A DNA stretch of 64,000 nt from Tubiluchus corallicola (GCA_030141605.1 JAQGDQ010000004.1:1302001-1366000), one strand, 5' to 3'; counted from the first letter of the stretch, positions 25,701 to 40,000 are shown. A program made the numbers and translations. The notes: generated by a model not told the origin, from the sequence alone.

Positions 25701-28700
25701 AGGTGGACGTCCTAGTTTTATTTCGACGGTTTCAGTCGGCACGTTTATAGCTATGAAGTAAAGACGTTTTCTCTGTACGTGTTACCTGCGGACTATGTAA
25801 TTTGCTGCAGTTTGACATTTAGCATTTTATATAGCTGTGATTACAGTTAAAGGACAGCAACGTTTTCGAGCAGTCTAGATTCGTTGTGATACACTTTGTG
25901 CACTATCGGAATTTACAGCAAAATGGATACTTGGGACAATTTGCTTAAGCCGTTATGGAGTTACTACTGTTCATGTGGAAGGTTGGACTGAATATCACCG
26001 CATAAATTTACCTGACGCCAGCCTCTGAGGAAGTTAAACCATTCTCGATGTCACCTCACCTACCTCATAGACGGGACAGTGCAGACTTCGTTTCCAGTGA
26101 CGTCACCAATGATTATGTGGCATGCTAAGATATTAATGAACAGTGAACCATCTCAGCGTGGACAGGTTTTTCGGTGCACCTCCCAGGGAAAGGGTAATTA
26201 GTGAGTACCTAGTGTATTAGAATCTTAATTTGTTTATCTTTAGTTGGGTTTTGCCTCGTACTTATTTTTCCTCCATGTTTGGTAAACAACGTTATGTCTA
26301 TGAAGTTTTGCAACAATTTGAAGGTTTGTTGTTTAAAGTATAACATGATTTAGGTATGCTTTATTTGAAAAACAGCTGTGCTGTAGTGAATAAGTTTAAT
26401 CTTGTTGTCTGAGAGACTGCCTTTGAAAGTGCTTTTAATGTTAAACCAAAAAGGAGTGCAGCACTCTACTGGATTTTGGGAATTAACTTTTGATCATCAC
26501 AAATTTGTTCATTAAATTTTGATTGTTCTTTATACACAAAATATGTATCTTGGAGTGCGTTTCTTTGTGAACGTTTAAAAAGTATTTGAATAGTAAAAAT
26601 ATTATGAATAGTTCACACTTTGTTAGCTAAACACAATAACAGCAACTCAAGGCCGACACTTAAGATCCCACTCGTGATTTGAACCCATATCTTTTGTCTC
26701 AAGGTACGCCCCGTAGAGGTACCTATGAGAAACTGATTCAGTTTCTAAACTACTAACATCGGTGTACTACTACCTCACCGCTCGGCTAGGAGTACTAGTT
26801 TGGGAATTGTTGAAGAAAATCTGGTTTAAATAAAGAACAGAAAACCAACAAGTAAAACCCGGCGTCACAGTGATACATGCTTTATAAAATACACCATGTC
26901 AGTGTTTAAAACACTTGCCCCACCATTCCTTAAAATTATTTGAGCAACTAGAAGCTAGTAACCTACTGAAAGTGTACAAAGAAACTGTGCTTAGCCACAA
27001 TGCATTACTTCTTTTTTGTGATAGGGATCTAATACTGAGATGTAGATAAACCATAAAAGTATGTCAAAAATCAGTGCTACATAAACAACGTAAGCAATTT
27101 ATATACTACACAACACACAGTATATACTTATTAATTGGTGATGCGCATACAAATTTATCTTTTCATACAAACACAAAGGTTATCATATAGTACAAACTAT
27201 TTAAACTTGTATGTCTCCTGACAAGAACAAAGTAGGTAGCAAAAACAGCAAAGTAATATTTAAAAACTAAAATAGCCATAATGTAAATAATTAGAAACAC
27301 AAACCTTAATTTGCTGATCGCTGAGGGCGACATCATCCTGGACAATGTGCCCTCTAGCAATTAACTTTAAGTTTAAGTTGAATTTCTCAGACAACATTTT
27401 TTTAAATGATTGGCCATCTGTTTTCAGGTGAACCTGTATGAAGATTATCTTTCTCTGTTCAGCTGACACCTATTTAAAGACAGAAGTATGAGAAGTTTAT
27501 TCAAAAACCAATAAACAGATCCTTTTAAATGACCAGTGATAGAGATAAAAACCAGTAACAAGGTCTGCTGGCTGTTAAATGGCACAATGTTTTATCTTCA
27601 TTGTACAGCTGTTACTGTACCAAAAATTACTTTCAAGTAAAGCTCTACAGTCTATATAAATCTAGAAAATAAATGCCCAGTCAGCATTCATTTTCTCTCA
27701 AAACCTTAACTACAATTTTCATATGGTTATTTACACTAGTGTTTCATAAATTCAAAAAGCCTATAAACAATTACATGAATTAAAATTCAAATGTCAAGCC
27801 GTAACTAATACACAAATATTAGAATCTTGGTTACCCTATATATAAAAATGTCTATGCTTATATTTATATCTATTTTCTGTTAGTCGTACACACAAACTAA
27901 AATAGCAAGTACCTGAGAACCTGCAAGTTTTACTCGCACAGTGGCAATGCCGCTCTCTTGGTATTGCTTGTTCCCAGCTAATTTATTTAAAGCATGCTGT
28001 CTCAGTTCTTCTAACAAACTTTCGACTAGACGCTCAGATAAACCAAGTTCAGACGCAAAATTTGTTAACAACTCCTACACATGAAAGCACAACACAGTAT
28101 ATTAGAGCTACGTTTAATGAAAACAGTGCTTTCCAGCAAAATGTACAGTTAAATGGAGACATTCTTCAACTAGTCCTGCTTGAATATTTACTGTAAGATA
28201 TTTCTGACATATTGTACATTTGTCTGTTAGACAAGATATAAACGCAGTTGGACTGATGAGTAATAGTTAATACAGAACACTATGTGTGTGCAAAACTGTG
28301 CATGTAATGATAGAATTTTATTAGAACTGACAGTTTACCTTTGGCAAGACTGCATGTTTATTAACCCTGACAAATAATCACATTATATTAGAAGACCAAT
28401 CTTACTGTGCAGTACTTACTTTGCTGTTGCCCGATAATATGCGTTTACAGGTTTTTGTTAAATTAGTTTATAGACAAAATTAATAACTTAGAATCTTTGC
28501 AACAATAATAAATAATCATTATGATTTGACGTTTACAGTAAGCTTTACAGTCTTGTTCGATATACATGTTCATCATTGTTTGTTTGTCGATTATAGGGTA
28601 GCCAGCATAAAACTAGAAGTTGCAATCCTTGGATCCTTGGATAAGTCAAAAATCATGATCGAACCACATCAAATCAAGCTTTATTTAATGTTGGGTTGCA

Positions 28701-30033
28701 CATAAACATAAAAACACTAGCTTCTGAGAACTAACTGATATTACAAAACTAAATCGACTAATAAAAATAGTGCTTAAATGATAAAAAGACTTTAGAATTA
28801 TACAGCTATAATAAAACAGCTTGAACCCTAGTAGACATTAAAATTACATATGAAATGCTAACTTAATTTAATACTATCAACATAATGTACACCTATAATT
28901 AATCAAGTTAAAAATCACATTTCAAAACAGCTTTGAGTTAAAATACACTATAATAAAAAATCACAAAAATATCAATTTGTGCTACATGTAGTACATTTAC
29001 ATTCACCATATTTTCAAGTTTATCATTTTTTCAAACACACCATAACTAGATGCATTTCGTATATCGTTTGGCGATTTATTCTACAGAACTGCAGCAGTAT
29101 ATAAAAAAGAGTTTAAATCACATTTACTAAACTTGACCTTTGGTACACGTACAATTTTATTGTATTGGAAAGAGTACTTAGACTCTTTTAATTGCTACAA
29201 TCCTTCTTTGTTTAGAATTTTTAATATTGTCGTGCCTCTAACGCACAAAGCAGGCAATTTTGATTTGTTTAGTAGGGCTTTATAACTTGAGGCCTAATCA
29301 CTGCAGATAAATTTCAAAGCCGTTCTTTGAGTTTTTTTCAAGTTTATTGCATGGCTGCCGAAATTCAAAACAAGTGGGTAGTAATTAAAGCTTGAAACGA
29401 TGAAAGAATGATATATTGCAATTTTCGACTTAAGTCAGGGAACTCCAATTTGTTTAAGGACATTTATTTGTACTGATGCTTTTTTGCAATTATCGAAACT
29501 TGGGTATCAAATTGTAATAAATCACCTACAGTGATTCTCAAGAATTTTATTTGTTTTTCGCATTTGATTTTGCTTGTGCCAATCTCAAAGTCTGGATTTA
29601 GTGCTTTTGATTTACACCAGTTGGCAATAGTGTAATTTTTTCTGGATTTACTTTTATGCCATTTTCTTCAAACAATTTTTCATTTTGTTGCGGTTAGATA
29701 CTAATACTGATTTAAGGTTTGAGGCAAATTCTGTGCTGCATGATAACACAGATTATCATTAGCATAATATGTTTTTCCACTGACAACAAATCTAAAAATA
29801 ACATTAACAAAGAGACTAAATAAGATGTTAGAGTTATGATTAGATAAAATGGCTAGTCGGTTTAAAGCAAACAATATTTAAGCTAATTGTGCAAAAATTT
29901 TCATAATTACCCCAGGATAGAATCCAACATCAGCACCATCTTGCGTGTAAGGTGGCAACCATAGCTGAATTTTTTCACGCTTTAGTTTTTCTCTGATTTT
30001 TTGTCGTATTTGAGCTTCTGACAGATCTGACAT
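16751..30033 (-). CDS. NUB1: NEDD8 ultimate buster 1 (UBL domain plus three UBA-like domains), about 602 aa
   Basis: Exons 30033-29911, 28074-27913, 27469-27305, 25434-25308, 24752-24569, 23209-23100, 22901-22825, 22317-22210, 21417-21265, 20704-20616, 20046-19941, 18709-18611, 17798-17663, 16920-16751 (1809 nt, in frame). Motifs: N-terminal KIQLWLPPYT, UBL LKLIARG, AVDNYAVLSLDICWCY, SYGENMERL, UBA-like LMALGFSTAEARLGLR, LLNMGY and ILSMGF, and C-terminal EDYLDSTLEEE. All match NUB1 as I recall it. Confidence 0.92.
19430..19512. repeat. Perfect 22-bp inverted repeat (83-bp hairpin) in NUB1 intron 11
   Basis: aaggttgagctgaatagaaata (19430-19451) is the exact reverse complement of tatttctattcagctcaacctt (19491-19512). 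Confidence 0.95.
23581..23818. mobile_element. Degenerate hAT-type MITE
   Basis: The left end cagtggcaaactggcctccgggataccgagaaatttctctgtgggcc resembles CAGTGGCGGACTGGCC...GGTGGGCC hAT termini. The right end is poorly preserved. Confidence 0.4.
26630..26795 (-). mobile_element. Decayed tRNA-derived SINE head or tRNA pseudogene
   Basis: Minus-strand A box TAGCCGAGCGG (26788-26778) and B box GGTTCAAATC (26685-26676). The spacing is too long and there is no clean cloverleaf. Confidence 0.45.
29130..29640 (-). mobile_element. Degenerate LINE (CR1/L2 clade) reverse transcriptase C-terminal remnant in NUB1 intron 1
   Basis: The minus strand gives NY.PLV..F...KLEKTQRTALKFICSD*ASSYKALLNKSKLPALCVR, resembling NYCPLVWHF...KLEKIQERALRFIYND..SSYE.LL. 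IANWCK..NPDF lies upstream. Confidence 0.65.
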
Positions 30034-30994
30034 GGCAGTTTATATTGATTTACAGGTATTAATCAAATTTAAGTAGCAGCACAAAGGCTTAATGTACACA
30101 CCTGTAAAATAACATCATTTTGCTATTTGGTTATAAATGTACAAAAATAATTTTGATTCGGTGCCCAATGGGTTTTGTGACAGGGTAACAGAATTTTTAA
30201 GAGCTGAATAAAAAGTATAATCTCATTTACCAAACAGAGCTGTTAACACATTAGTGAAGGGCAGAACTGATCAGTGATAGGTGAACGAACAAGTGGAGTT
30301 TGATTGTGACAGGTGAACATTAAATTATTGAATGGTTCGGTAAACTATTGAGCCAATTATGCCATAAACATTTTTTAATTTATAGGAAAATTTAAACTAA
30401 AATACTTAAAACTTACAGCAAAAGAACTTATTTCGTGTGTTGTTTCTTTGTTCCGAGAACTAAAAATTGTTGCTTGCTAACATAGAAGTGATTAATTTAT
30501 GCAGTCCTGTTAGGCTTCAATGTTATTGATTTGAGAAAATTAATGAAGTCCTGAAAATCAAATAAATTGTGGCAATAAATGATGAAGTTTCATCATGAGA
30601 CTTGAAGGGACTTAGGATTTTTGACCCTGTAAAATAACTGATAAAATAATACAGTTAAAAACAACACTTTATGTCAGCAACATTTATTCCATTAAATGTT
30701 ACAATTTATCTGACTTATTATCGGTGATCAGCTCATTTTCAAATATTGCTGATTGGTCCATCAATATAACACAGTAATAGTCATTTTCGTGACATCCGAT
30801 TTGAACACCAAGTATTGTGGAAGTAACGAAAAAATATTCCGGACAACCGTATAAAATGGGTATACTTGATAACAAATATCCCTTTGCACTAATTACAGAG
30901 CAGATGCTTACACCTGTTTTTCATTAAGGCTGTAGGTGCGGCTATTTTAAATCACTACTGTGATTCGGTAATTCCATAGCGTCCTCTCTATCAA

Positions 30995-31560
30995 TTTTAT
31001 TTTATTTATTAAAAACATTTATAAAGTGTACAGTATTTCATAAAAGATGAAACTGGCAGGCTGTATTAGTTCTTATGCCAGCCTATATTGTGAAGTGGCA
31101 AATACGATTAAATACACAAGTTTATATTGGATTTTCTTCACATTAAATTAAAAATACGATAAAATAAAAAGTCAATAAAATCTACACAAGGTGTAAATTT
31201 ATCAAAATAGGGAGAAATCATTGAATCAAGGTAAGAACGTTTTACAAAAATCTATTAAATTTGCAATATTTTAACAAACAAGTTTCAGCTAGCTTCATTC
31301 TAAAAACTGATAGACTGGATAGATTGTCAATAACATAATTTCAACTGGCAGGCATTCTTCTGTAGTGTGCCATGGGTGGACGGTACAAAACGACCCTTCT
31401 TCTAGTTCTTTCTAAGCCATATCGCATTGTTTTAATGTTAAAATGAAAAAAATCATCATTTTATCTTGGCAATTACGTTCGAGACTACAATGATCTACCA
31501 TTTAACAATGGTAATAGGCTAAGAAATTATGCTGCTAATAAATGCCAGCTTTTGGAAGGT
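30995..31560 (-). mobile_element. Probable LINE (L2/CR1) 3' end remnant
   Basis: The minus strand ends in an (AATAA)n-like tail at 30995-31010. It is preceded by a stem-loop aggctg...cagcct (about 31058-31084) and degenerate coding-like sequence. Confidence 0.4.
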
Positions 31561-31837
31561 CTGCTCAGTAAATTTTTTAGGAAGTGGATATTGTTCAGAA
31601 AATCGGAAAACAGTTTTCTGAAGGACAAATTTTTAATAATCAAGGAATTAGCCAAAGTTTTCCAAACTTTACTGACCTTAGCAGTAAAGAGACTGGCACT
31701 ACTGTTCACAGAACCATTTAATGTAACAGAATATCTAAAAGAATAATTTGAAATAGGAAAAATGAAATTTTTAAGTGAAGAAAGAATTGCAGATGTAAAT
31801 ACTAAACACTCTCAAACACAAAGCTGGCATTGCTCAC

Positions 31838-32450
31838 CTTCAGTAACTTCCACTTCCAATTTTTTATTTATCGACATACTCAGTAACGGACTTTCGAGAC
31901 TGTAGTGTTAGAATAACGAGCTGTCTTGCGACTTAGTCAGCAACTTTATGCAGCGAGATGATGCGTTCTAGTATGAAAACGTTGTAAGTTACTTGGCGAG
32001 AAAATTCGCTAGTAATACGTGCCGTCGCAGTTTCAATTTGTTACTAGCCTTAATTACTTTGATTAGATAGGAAAAATTTACAGGTATTTAACCTACTAAA
32101 CGTCAAGCCAGTACACTGAACATTCAACAGTATAAGTTTTCTCGTTTATGACTATCAATAATTTAAGTTATTTAACCTTCTTGTTTACATTGCACAATGC
32201 ATTCAGTTCGGTGGTTACATGTTAGGTCAAGCAATAACAGAAATCAATGACGACAACCTGCGCAACACCAAAGTGTGAAAAAGGAAGTGATGAAATACAT
32301 TTCGTTCTTGCGATTAGCGGCTATGCTGGCGGCTCAAACGGCGGATGATTAAAAAATTTTGAACGGCGCATTGACTATAATAATAATATCTTAAGTTCAC
32401 CAATAATGTTGGCATACGCGCAATTTCGATAAGCCAAAATCACTTTTGCG
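31838..32450 (-). promoter_or_regulatory. Probable NUB1 non-coding first exon and CpG-enriched promoter
   Basis: A strong minus-strand donor AAG|GTGAGC at 31837 pairs with acceptor ttttacag at 30102, just upstream of the NUB1 ATG. CpG is locally enriched at 31870-32450, with an ETS-like GGAAGTG at about 32283. The TSS cannot be placed. Confidence 0.5.
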
Positions 32451-32711
32451 TTTTTAATAAAAGAAGAATATCTCAATTAAAACCAATTATTAGTTTAAAA
32501 AACTGAAAACATCTCATGAAAAGGAAAAAAATTGCACCAATAATTATTTATTATTATGTATTATACACTTGTATTATGTAGTTGCAAATACCTCTTCAGT
32601 TTTCTTGTAAGTAAAATTTTATTGTTCTTCCTGAGGAAAGAGGCTAGCTGACTGCATGATGGGCTGCCTACTATGTAAAAAAGTAATGCATTTTTTATTG
32701 ACTTATTGATT

Positions 32712-32731
32712 GAGAGAGAGAGAGAGAGAGA
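32712..32731. repeat. (GA)n microsatellite
   Basis: About 10 GA units. Confidence 0.95.
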
Positions 32732-34139
32732 TCCTTCTTTTCCTTTTGTTCTGCCGTTTGTTTCTTGGTCGTTTTACTCCAATGCAAGGTAGCGAATTTG
32801 GCACATTAAAAATTGCACCCATTTATGTGCCCTGCAATTAATCTATATAGTTACACATATATTATATTGTAGGTTTGTATACAAATAATTCGCACACGCA
32901 CGCATGCACACAACAAGTATTTGCATACGGTGCTTCATATATAAATAATCATTACAGTAATAGAGATGAGTAGGACTGAATTGCCAGCCTAGGGGTCGTA
33001 ATGTCTTGATACACCTATGCACACACACTCATATACATGTATGATGTATGCATTATTACATACAAAGATTCTATGAAGCTGAGCCCATATATTTAACTGT
33101 AGAAAATGATTGCCCTTAGCACCCAGGCCTGTATAAATCAATTAATTTAAGCCCATCAATAAATAATATTTATCGAGACTTGTCAGTGGATTTAGCCACA
33201 GGTGTTTTGTTAGTATGCTTATACAGGTACATTTTTTAAACGTAAACAAACTGTATTTAATGTAAGCTTATTTTGACGTAAGCCTAACTGAATCTTAAAA
33301 AATAGGCTAAATATAAGTGACGTCTACACATGATATATAAAGTGTTATGACACGCCTGCCGATTCAAATTTATGTGCTAGGTTGGCTTCTCACCTGAATT
33401 CTGTAACTTGATATTGACCTAGTTAGTTGGTTGTTATAGAGGCGGAAGTAATGTCGGCTGTTTAGGATGACAGCTCTGATGTCTCGTTTTGTTATTTTTT
33501 GTTCACTGATAATAAAAAAGAGGAGTAGTGTCATAAATGCATCTCCGTTTGTTCAACATGATTTTATAACCAACTCCAACTCATAACAAAAGCCAATATG
33601 TATGATTATATGCTTTTTACACATCTTTTAACTTGGAATTAACAAAACATGTAGATGCTCAGATTAAGTTTTGTCCTGGAAAAATCATTTGCTCTTCTGA
33701 AAAAATCGATTTTTTTCTATGAAAGGTATTACACATGAAGGTCAGGCTTAATATTTCTTCAAGTTATATTTTCTGATAAAAACATATTAAATAGGAATGT
33801 TTTTTAGAAAAATTATTTCTCCAGAAATAGACATGAGCCAGGTATTTGCAAACTTTCTTTATGATCAACTTTTTTAACTTCATTTGCAAATAAGCCTATT
33901 AATTTTCATGAGATATGAATATAATAGTTTTTATTTTAACTACTAATTATTCTTAGGGCCTTATGCTTGCTTTAAATAATATTCAAAAATATAACAGCTG
34001 CTATGAATCGCCAAAGACAGATGTAGGCCTTGCAGTCTTTGCCTAGTGTACAAATATTTAACTTGTAACGAAAGTTACAAAACGGTGTTATAATTAGCTG
34101 GCTGCATCCTCGAAAAATTTAAAAAGATTTCGTTTATGT

Positions 34140-35540
34140 TTTTGCAATTCACTGCTGAGCAATTTATGAGCGCCTGTCGACTAGCCTGGCTTTGGTGTCT
34201 CATAAATTCATCTGCTACAGTACACACCGGTGTGCCTACTGCGAACAGTTTGCACTATAGCGTACCTGACAACAACAGTCCGTACTGCTGTGCCGCTAGG
34301 GCGACACTAACTGCGCGAACTGCTGCGCAGTAGGAGTTTCTCTAATTTCTGTCGTCCGTATTGTTTAGTAGAAGCAACTAAAACGTACACACACACACTG
34401 TCGAGAATCGATAATTATGACATAATAAAACATAAAACTAAATCTGTTTTAGAAAAAAAGTAACTTTATAATAACGATGGATAGTGATTGACAATTTACA
34501 AAATTAAAGTATTTTTTACCATAATACTATAATTATTATTAGCTCCATAATATCATCATAACATTAAATTACATACCTAATGCTTTGAAGAGAGAAACTA
34601 TGTAGGCATATAGCTCGCTAGCCCATTTACTTAGTATAAAACAATTATTTGTCCAAGAGGTAGTGAAACGTATCACCTATCTGTGAAGCGAGACAAAATA
34701 AAAATGATAATATTATACTTTAAACAAATGTTGGAATTGCCTAAAAAGCAAGCTTATTTTACTTCAAACAGATTTTAATCGCAAACAGATTTAATATTGG
34801 CCGTTCTACTAGCTCGGAATAAGATTCTTTATCAGATGTATAATAAATTATTCAACGTGTATTGACGTTTTCAATTATTATTAATAAATAAACAGTGCTA
34901 ATTCAGGCTGCCAGTACGGTTAACGATTCGTGAACTGTCTCTATTGTTCTACTTGGGCAGCCCATGTACGACGCGTCCTGCTTAGGCTAGCCCATGTACG
35001 CCAATTGTCGTACTTCGGCTAGTGTCCTACTGTGCTCCCAACCATTGCAATGGAATGGAATGAAACTGTCTAATAGCGGCATTTTTTCTTTACTGGATTT
35101 GTTGACCTGGATTGGAATAGATGATTTATAACACGTGTAAAATCTAGTTATACTGTAGTACGCCCATAGGTAAAATTTAGATACAGCTGTTGTATGTTTT
35201 AGTACCTTCGCTATTTTCACATGAATTGAGTTTAGCATTAAACTGTGTACTAAGACTCAGAGAGTGCGGGCCCACTTGCTTTATGTCCGAAAAGAGTAGT
35301 TCCAACGGTCTGCAAAATTCGCAGACTGGGTTGTAGCTTCGCGGAGAACTCCTAGAAAAAAACAATTTCTAAGCTTGGGATAGCCGATTTAGCTTGATTA
35401 GGGACTGAAAGTTTTCGCTCATGAAGCTGGTTCCTGAGTAACTACTCATGCATTTTGTTGGCTTGCGCGTTGAAATCACCGATTAAGTTTTCAAAAAAAC
35501 TTAATATTCCAGCTTTGAAACCGGATCCGCAAGCAGTTGT
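34140..35540 (+). promoter_or_regulatory. CpG-enriched patches upstream of the SLC24 gene (candidate promoter or first exon)
   Basis: CpG-rich stretches at 34165-34360 and 34900-35530 stand out in a CpG-depleted background. The motif AGCCCATGTACG is duplicated at about 34959 and 34989. Confidence 0.35.
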
Positions 35541-37007
35541 TAAAAATAGGTTATATATATGCTTTGCCTAGTCTGCAAGCAGTAAGGTTCAGCATATTTA
35601 CAAATGCGCAAAAATATTTGCAGACCTGAGTCCTCTGATCTTGCGGACCTGAGGATATTTGCTAGACTGGTAATTTATAACAATAAAGTTAATGTTGTCT
35701 AAACATAATGGTCTGCCCTATCCATCTGAACGATACTTTTTTATTTTTTTTGTTCCAGGTTCCTCTTTTATTTTTTATACAGGTTCTTTTATGAAATTTT
35801 CTTTCGCCATCTCATCACTGGAAAATGTAATATCGACTTTGTAAAGTGCAACCTGCTAAGTTATTGGTTAATGAGATCTTCGTTAAACAAAACAGATAGC
35901 TGATGTTTTCTGAACAGTTTGTACTTTTTTGGCATGTTTTATATAGTTCAGTGGTCATAGCTGAAAAGCGCAGGTTCTTTCAATGAATAGCAGTGTTTGC
36001 AAGTTGCAGATGTACTTACCAAGAAAGTGTAATTACCTAGGTGTTTGCAAATAATTCAGTCAATTTTGGGAAAGTTGTAGCAAAACGGATGTAGCTGTTA
36101 CTGTTAGCTCAGTTAGCTGCTGTGGGAAATGAACCTTAAATACTACCTTGCTGTGTTTGTGCCGCAGCACCAAGGCATTTGTACGCTATACAGTGCATGG
36201 CTATGTCAACTTTGGGCATACAGTTTATGATGGCCAGTCAAGATGATTGTGTTCCTGCCAACAATGACTTTAGTGGAAAACTTTACGAACTTTTTAAAAA
36301 GTCTTACAAATCATTTTGACAAAATGACTGTATAGATGTGCAACCTTGTTTAGAAATCTGCCAGCCTTAGAAGTTCAATTCAGATGTTGTACATCTAGCA
36401 TTGTGTTTTGGGATTATGTGAAAAACAGAAATGGGATATTTACATGAATTTTTTAAAAGCAGTTATTTCTTCAACTTTTTGTTTTCAATATTAATGTTTT
36501 GTATTTTCCTTAAATTATAAACATTTGTACAGTATCCATGTAAAACATGCAGTAAATGAATAAGGAGATACAAATTTTCTTTATATGTATATAATTTACA
36601 ACGTTTTGGCCATTTTTTTCAATTTAACAGGGCAAGATTTTGAAGATTTGAAAAGTAGCTTTTAGCAATAACTAGTTACTTTACAGTTACAGCTCGTTAC
36701 TTTTTCATAGTAAGTTACCCAACATTGATGTATGCTATCCCATAGAGCTCTTTTAACATTATTTGCTGCTAATAACAACTGCTGATCAGTACAGGCAGAT
36801 TTACTTTTGTTTTTTTCAGACATGTAGCTCTATTATAATTTAGTTCAATTTGCTATTTTCTTATTATATGTGTACTTTCTTATTATATGTGCATTTTCTT
36901 ATTTATATTATATATAAATTGATTTTAATTGATTTTTTAGCCACATGTATCTGAGAATTTGCATGTTTTTTCTGGTAGGCTGAGGTTTTCACAAATGGAT
37001 AGGTATA

Positions 37008-40000
37008 ATGGACACTTTAGACAACTGTACAGCACCTGCGATTAATAACTTCCCAAGCGATTTTTTTACTCAACAGCAGAGATTGTCTGGTGGAGTTATT
37101 ATACATATTCTAATAACAGTCTATGTGTTTGCTTCATTAGCTGTTGTGTGTGATGACTATTTTACTGCTTCACTTGAAAAGCTTTGTTCTGGTAAGCATG
37201 ATGAAGTATTATGGGTTTAGTCGAAAAACCAGTGACTTATTTAATCTCTGAAACAAAGTTTTTGGTTGAGGCAAACTTTTGTACTTTATAATGTATGGGG
37301 GGTTTCAGAAGCTGGTTTGTGTTTTTTATTCTTTATAGTTGTGTAAAGACTAATAATTATATGTAATTTAACAATAGGCCTGCTTTGCTTTAATTTCAAT
37401 ATTTTTGTATAGAAACAATCCAATCATAAGCTTATGATGATTTGGGAACTATCCTGCTTTGCCAAATTGCCAGGCAATACAAAAACCAGTCACTTATTTC
37501 TTAAAGTACAGTAATTTATTTTCGGTACTTAATTGAGAAAAATGATCTACTTTCTAGTGGAATTTTGTTCTAGATCAGAAGTAGGGATGTAACAAATGTG
37601 AAATGACCAAATCCTAAAATAAGCCGAATTTTATTTTAATTAATTTTCGAATGTGGATCAAATCCAAATCTGTTTAGAGTAATTTTTGAATCCAGATCAA
37701 ATCTGAATTGCAATTTAAAATAGCTTTTGAAACCATGTTGAATTGGAATCACATTCTTCTAAAGTAATACAATAAATCTTTGTTAAAATGTTTAACAAAA
37801 ATCTAGCAGTTTTGTTAAAACTAGCAGTTAAAATCGTAATGTGGTGCATGCTTTCATGTATTGCTTCATGACTCGGACAAACACTGAAACTGAATATGGC
37901 AACATTTGCATATTTCAAGTCTGACAGAAAATGTAGCAATTAAGTAATTTTGTGGAAAAATTTAAATTTAAAAAAGTGTATAATTGCTTTTGTAATACAG
38001 CATTACTGAGTTGCCTCTTGTATTAGAAGCTAGACTGAATTTTCTTAAAAAAAATTCTGTGGAATCGGATTTGATCTAAAGTAACATGGAAATTCGCGAA
38101 TCAAATCGAATCAAAACTCTGATTCAAATTCAGCTTTGAGGCTCCGGTTCTGGCGAAGCTTTGTGACATCCCTAGTACAAAAACCTACAGTGTGACTGAG
38201 AATATTTAATTTTAATAATTTGGTGATGCTTAAATGATAAGTCAAGGCATTTTGTATCACTTTAGGCATTATTGACTATATATGTATGTAAACCTTATTC
38301 ACATTTATCATAACTCAGTGTAAGTACAACTTCTAAACATGATGTATGTAACTGTGTTCTTTTACATTATTACTTTTGAGAATGTGGTAGATTTATAAAT
38401 CAATGGCATTTACTAAAAAATTCTCTTCCCAAATAGCAAAATATTTTGCAGTTACAGTGATCAGTGGAACTTATTTTCCTGTCCATTCTCGTTGTTACTG
38501 TGTCGGATTTGCTTAGCTGTTGTTGATTTAAAAAGACCTTTTCAACTACCAAAACTGATAGTTTACATAGTTCTTTGTGAAATGTCACTTACTAAATGGA
38601 TATTTGTGATGAAACAGCTACCTAACATTCTAAATGAAAATGACTGACAGCATTGTAAATAGAAGTGTTGACCCCTAACTACATTAATCAGATGTTGCTT
38701 ATTTACAGCTTTAAATCTGCAACCAGATGTTGCTGGAGCTACTTTCATGGCTGCTGGAAGCTCAGCTCCTGAGCTATTTACAGCTGTTATAGGTGTATTC
38801 ATAACACAAGGTGATATAGGTGTGGGAACTATTGCTGGATCAGCAGCATTTAACATTCTAGTCATCATCCTACTTTGTGGATTGTTTGGAGGTTCGGTAA
38901 GTTTTCTTACAATTAAAAAGCTCAGTATCATGAAATATGGTATTAAAAAACTAAGAGCTAGCATTACATAAATATACACTGAAATGTGCAAATGCTTTTG
39001 GACATTTAGTTTTCGCTATGGTAGACTGGTAGTGGCTAATGTATAAACACATTTGCAGTTAATGTGAGATTAATGTTTATTAATTATCTGACATTTAAAT
39101 TTTTAGTATTGTTTTAATGTCTCGTGTTAGTAGTTGAATATTGTGATTTTGCAATTATTGATTTAGAAGTCCAGTTAATTAAAATTCCTAGCTCACTGAG
39201 TCACTTTTGTACAACAAAATTTCTAAGATTATGGGATGATTCAAGAAATTTCAAACTAAATAGCACGCTGTGAAAGATGCTAGTATGAGGCACACTTCTC
39301 TACCTAGAGTAAATGTGCAGGAGTGAAAGAATGCTAGTTTGTCATATAAAAATTAACATCATATGCTGGCATGATGCCAAGTCTCCTGCTGCTGCTGCTG
39401 CTGCTCCTTAATCCTGCATGATTTGTACAGACAGGTTGTCAAGCTGAAAATTTGGTTTTAACTAATACAATAAGCCCATTTGCTTGACTATCATTTCAGG
39501 TGATTAATTTGCTATGGTTTCCGCTAACTAGAGATTGTCTGGCCTATCTAATCTGCATTATTGCATTAGTGCTTGTTCTTTATGATGAGAGGATTCTTTG
39601 GTGAGTATTCTGCACACTATTTGCTGTTTATCAAGATTTTTTTAGCATTCTAAAAAGCTGGCATGATTCATATTATTGAGCTTGCCAGTAGTAAACATTA
39701 CTAAATTCTGCATTCTGCATTGGCTTTTAACTTTTTTGATCACTGTTTATTCACATGGCTAGTTTTGGGGGGATGAACTAATACTAAACAAACAAACAAA
39801 CAAACAGAAGAACATAAGTTCCACATTCTATTTTGTATACATATATGTTGGATGTGATAATAATCTCATTACCGGTATAGTTCAGTCCAGTACAGCAATT
39901 TTGGATGGGTTTGCAATCGGTTTAAAATTGTATAGCTGCTCAGTCTCTAGGTTTAATTTTTAGAAAGTAATTGCAATCACTTAGCGACTACAAAACCAAA

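Noticed and set aside
36847-36905. About 19-bp tandem repeats (ttcttattatatgtg), and the direct repeat at 2942-2980, as CRISPR-like arrays
   Set aside because: Only two or three adjacent copies without unique spacers, in a eukaryotic context. These are ordinary slippage duplications.
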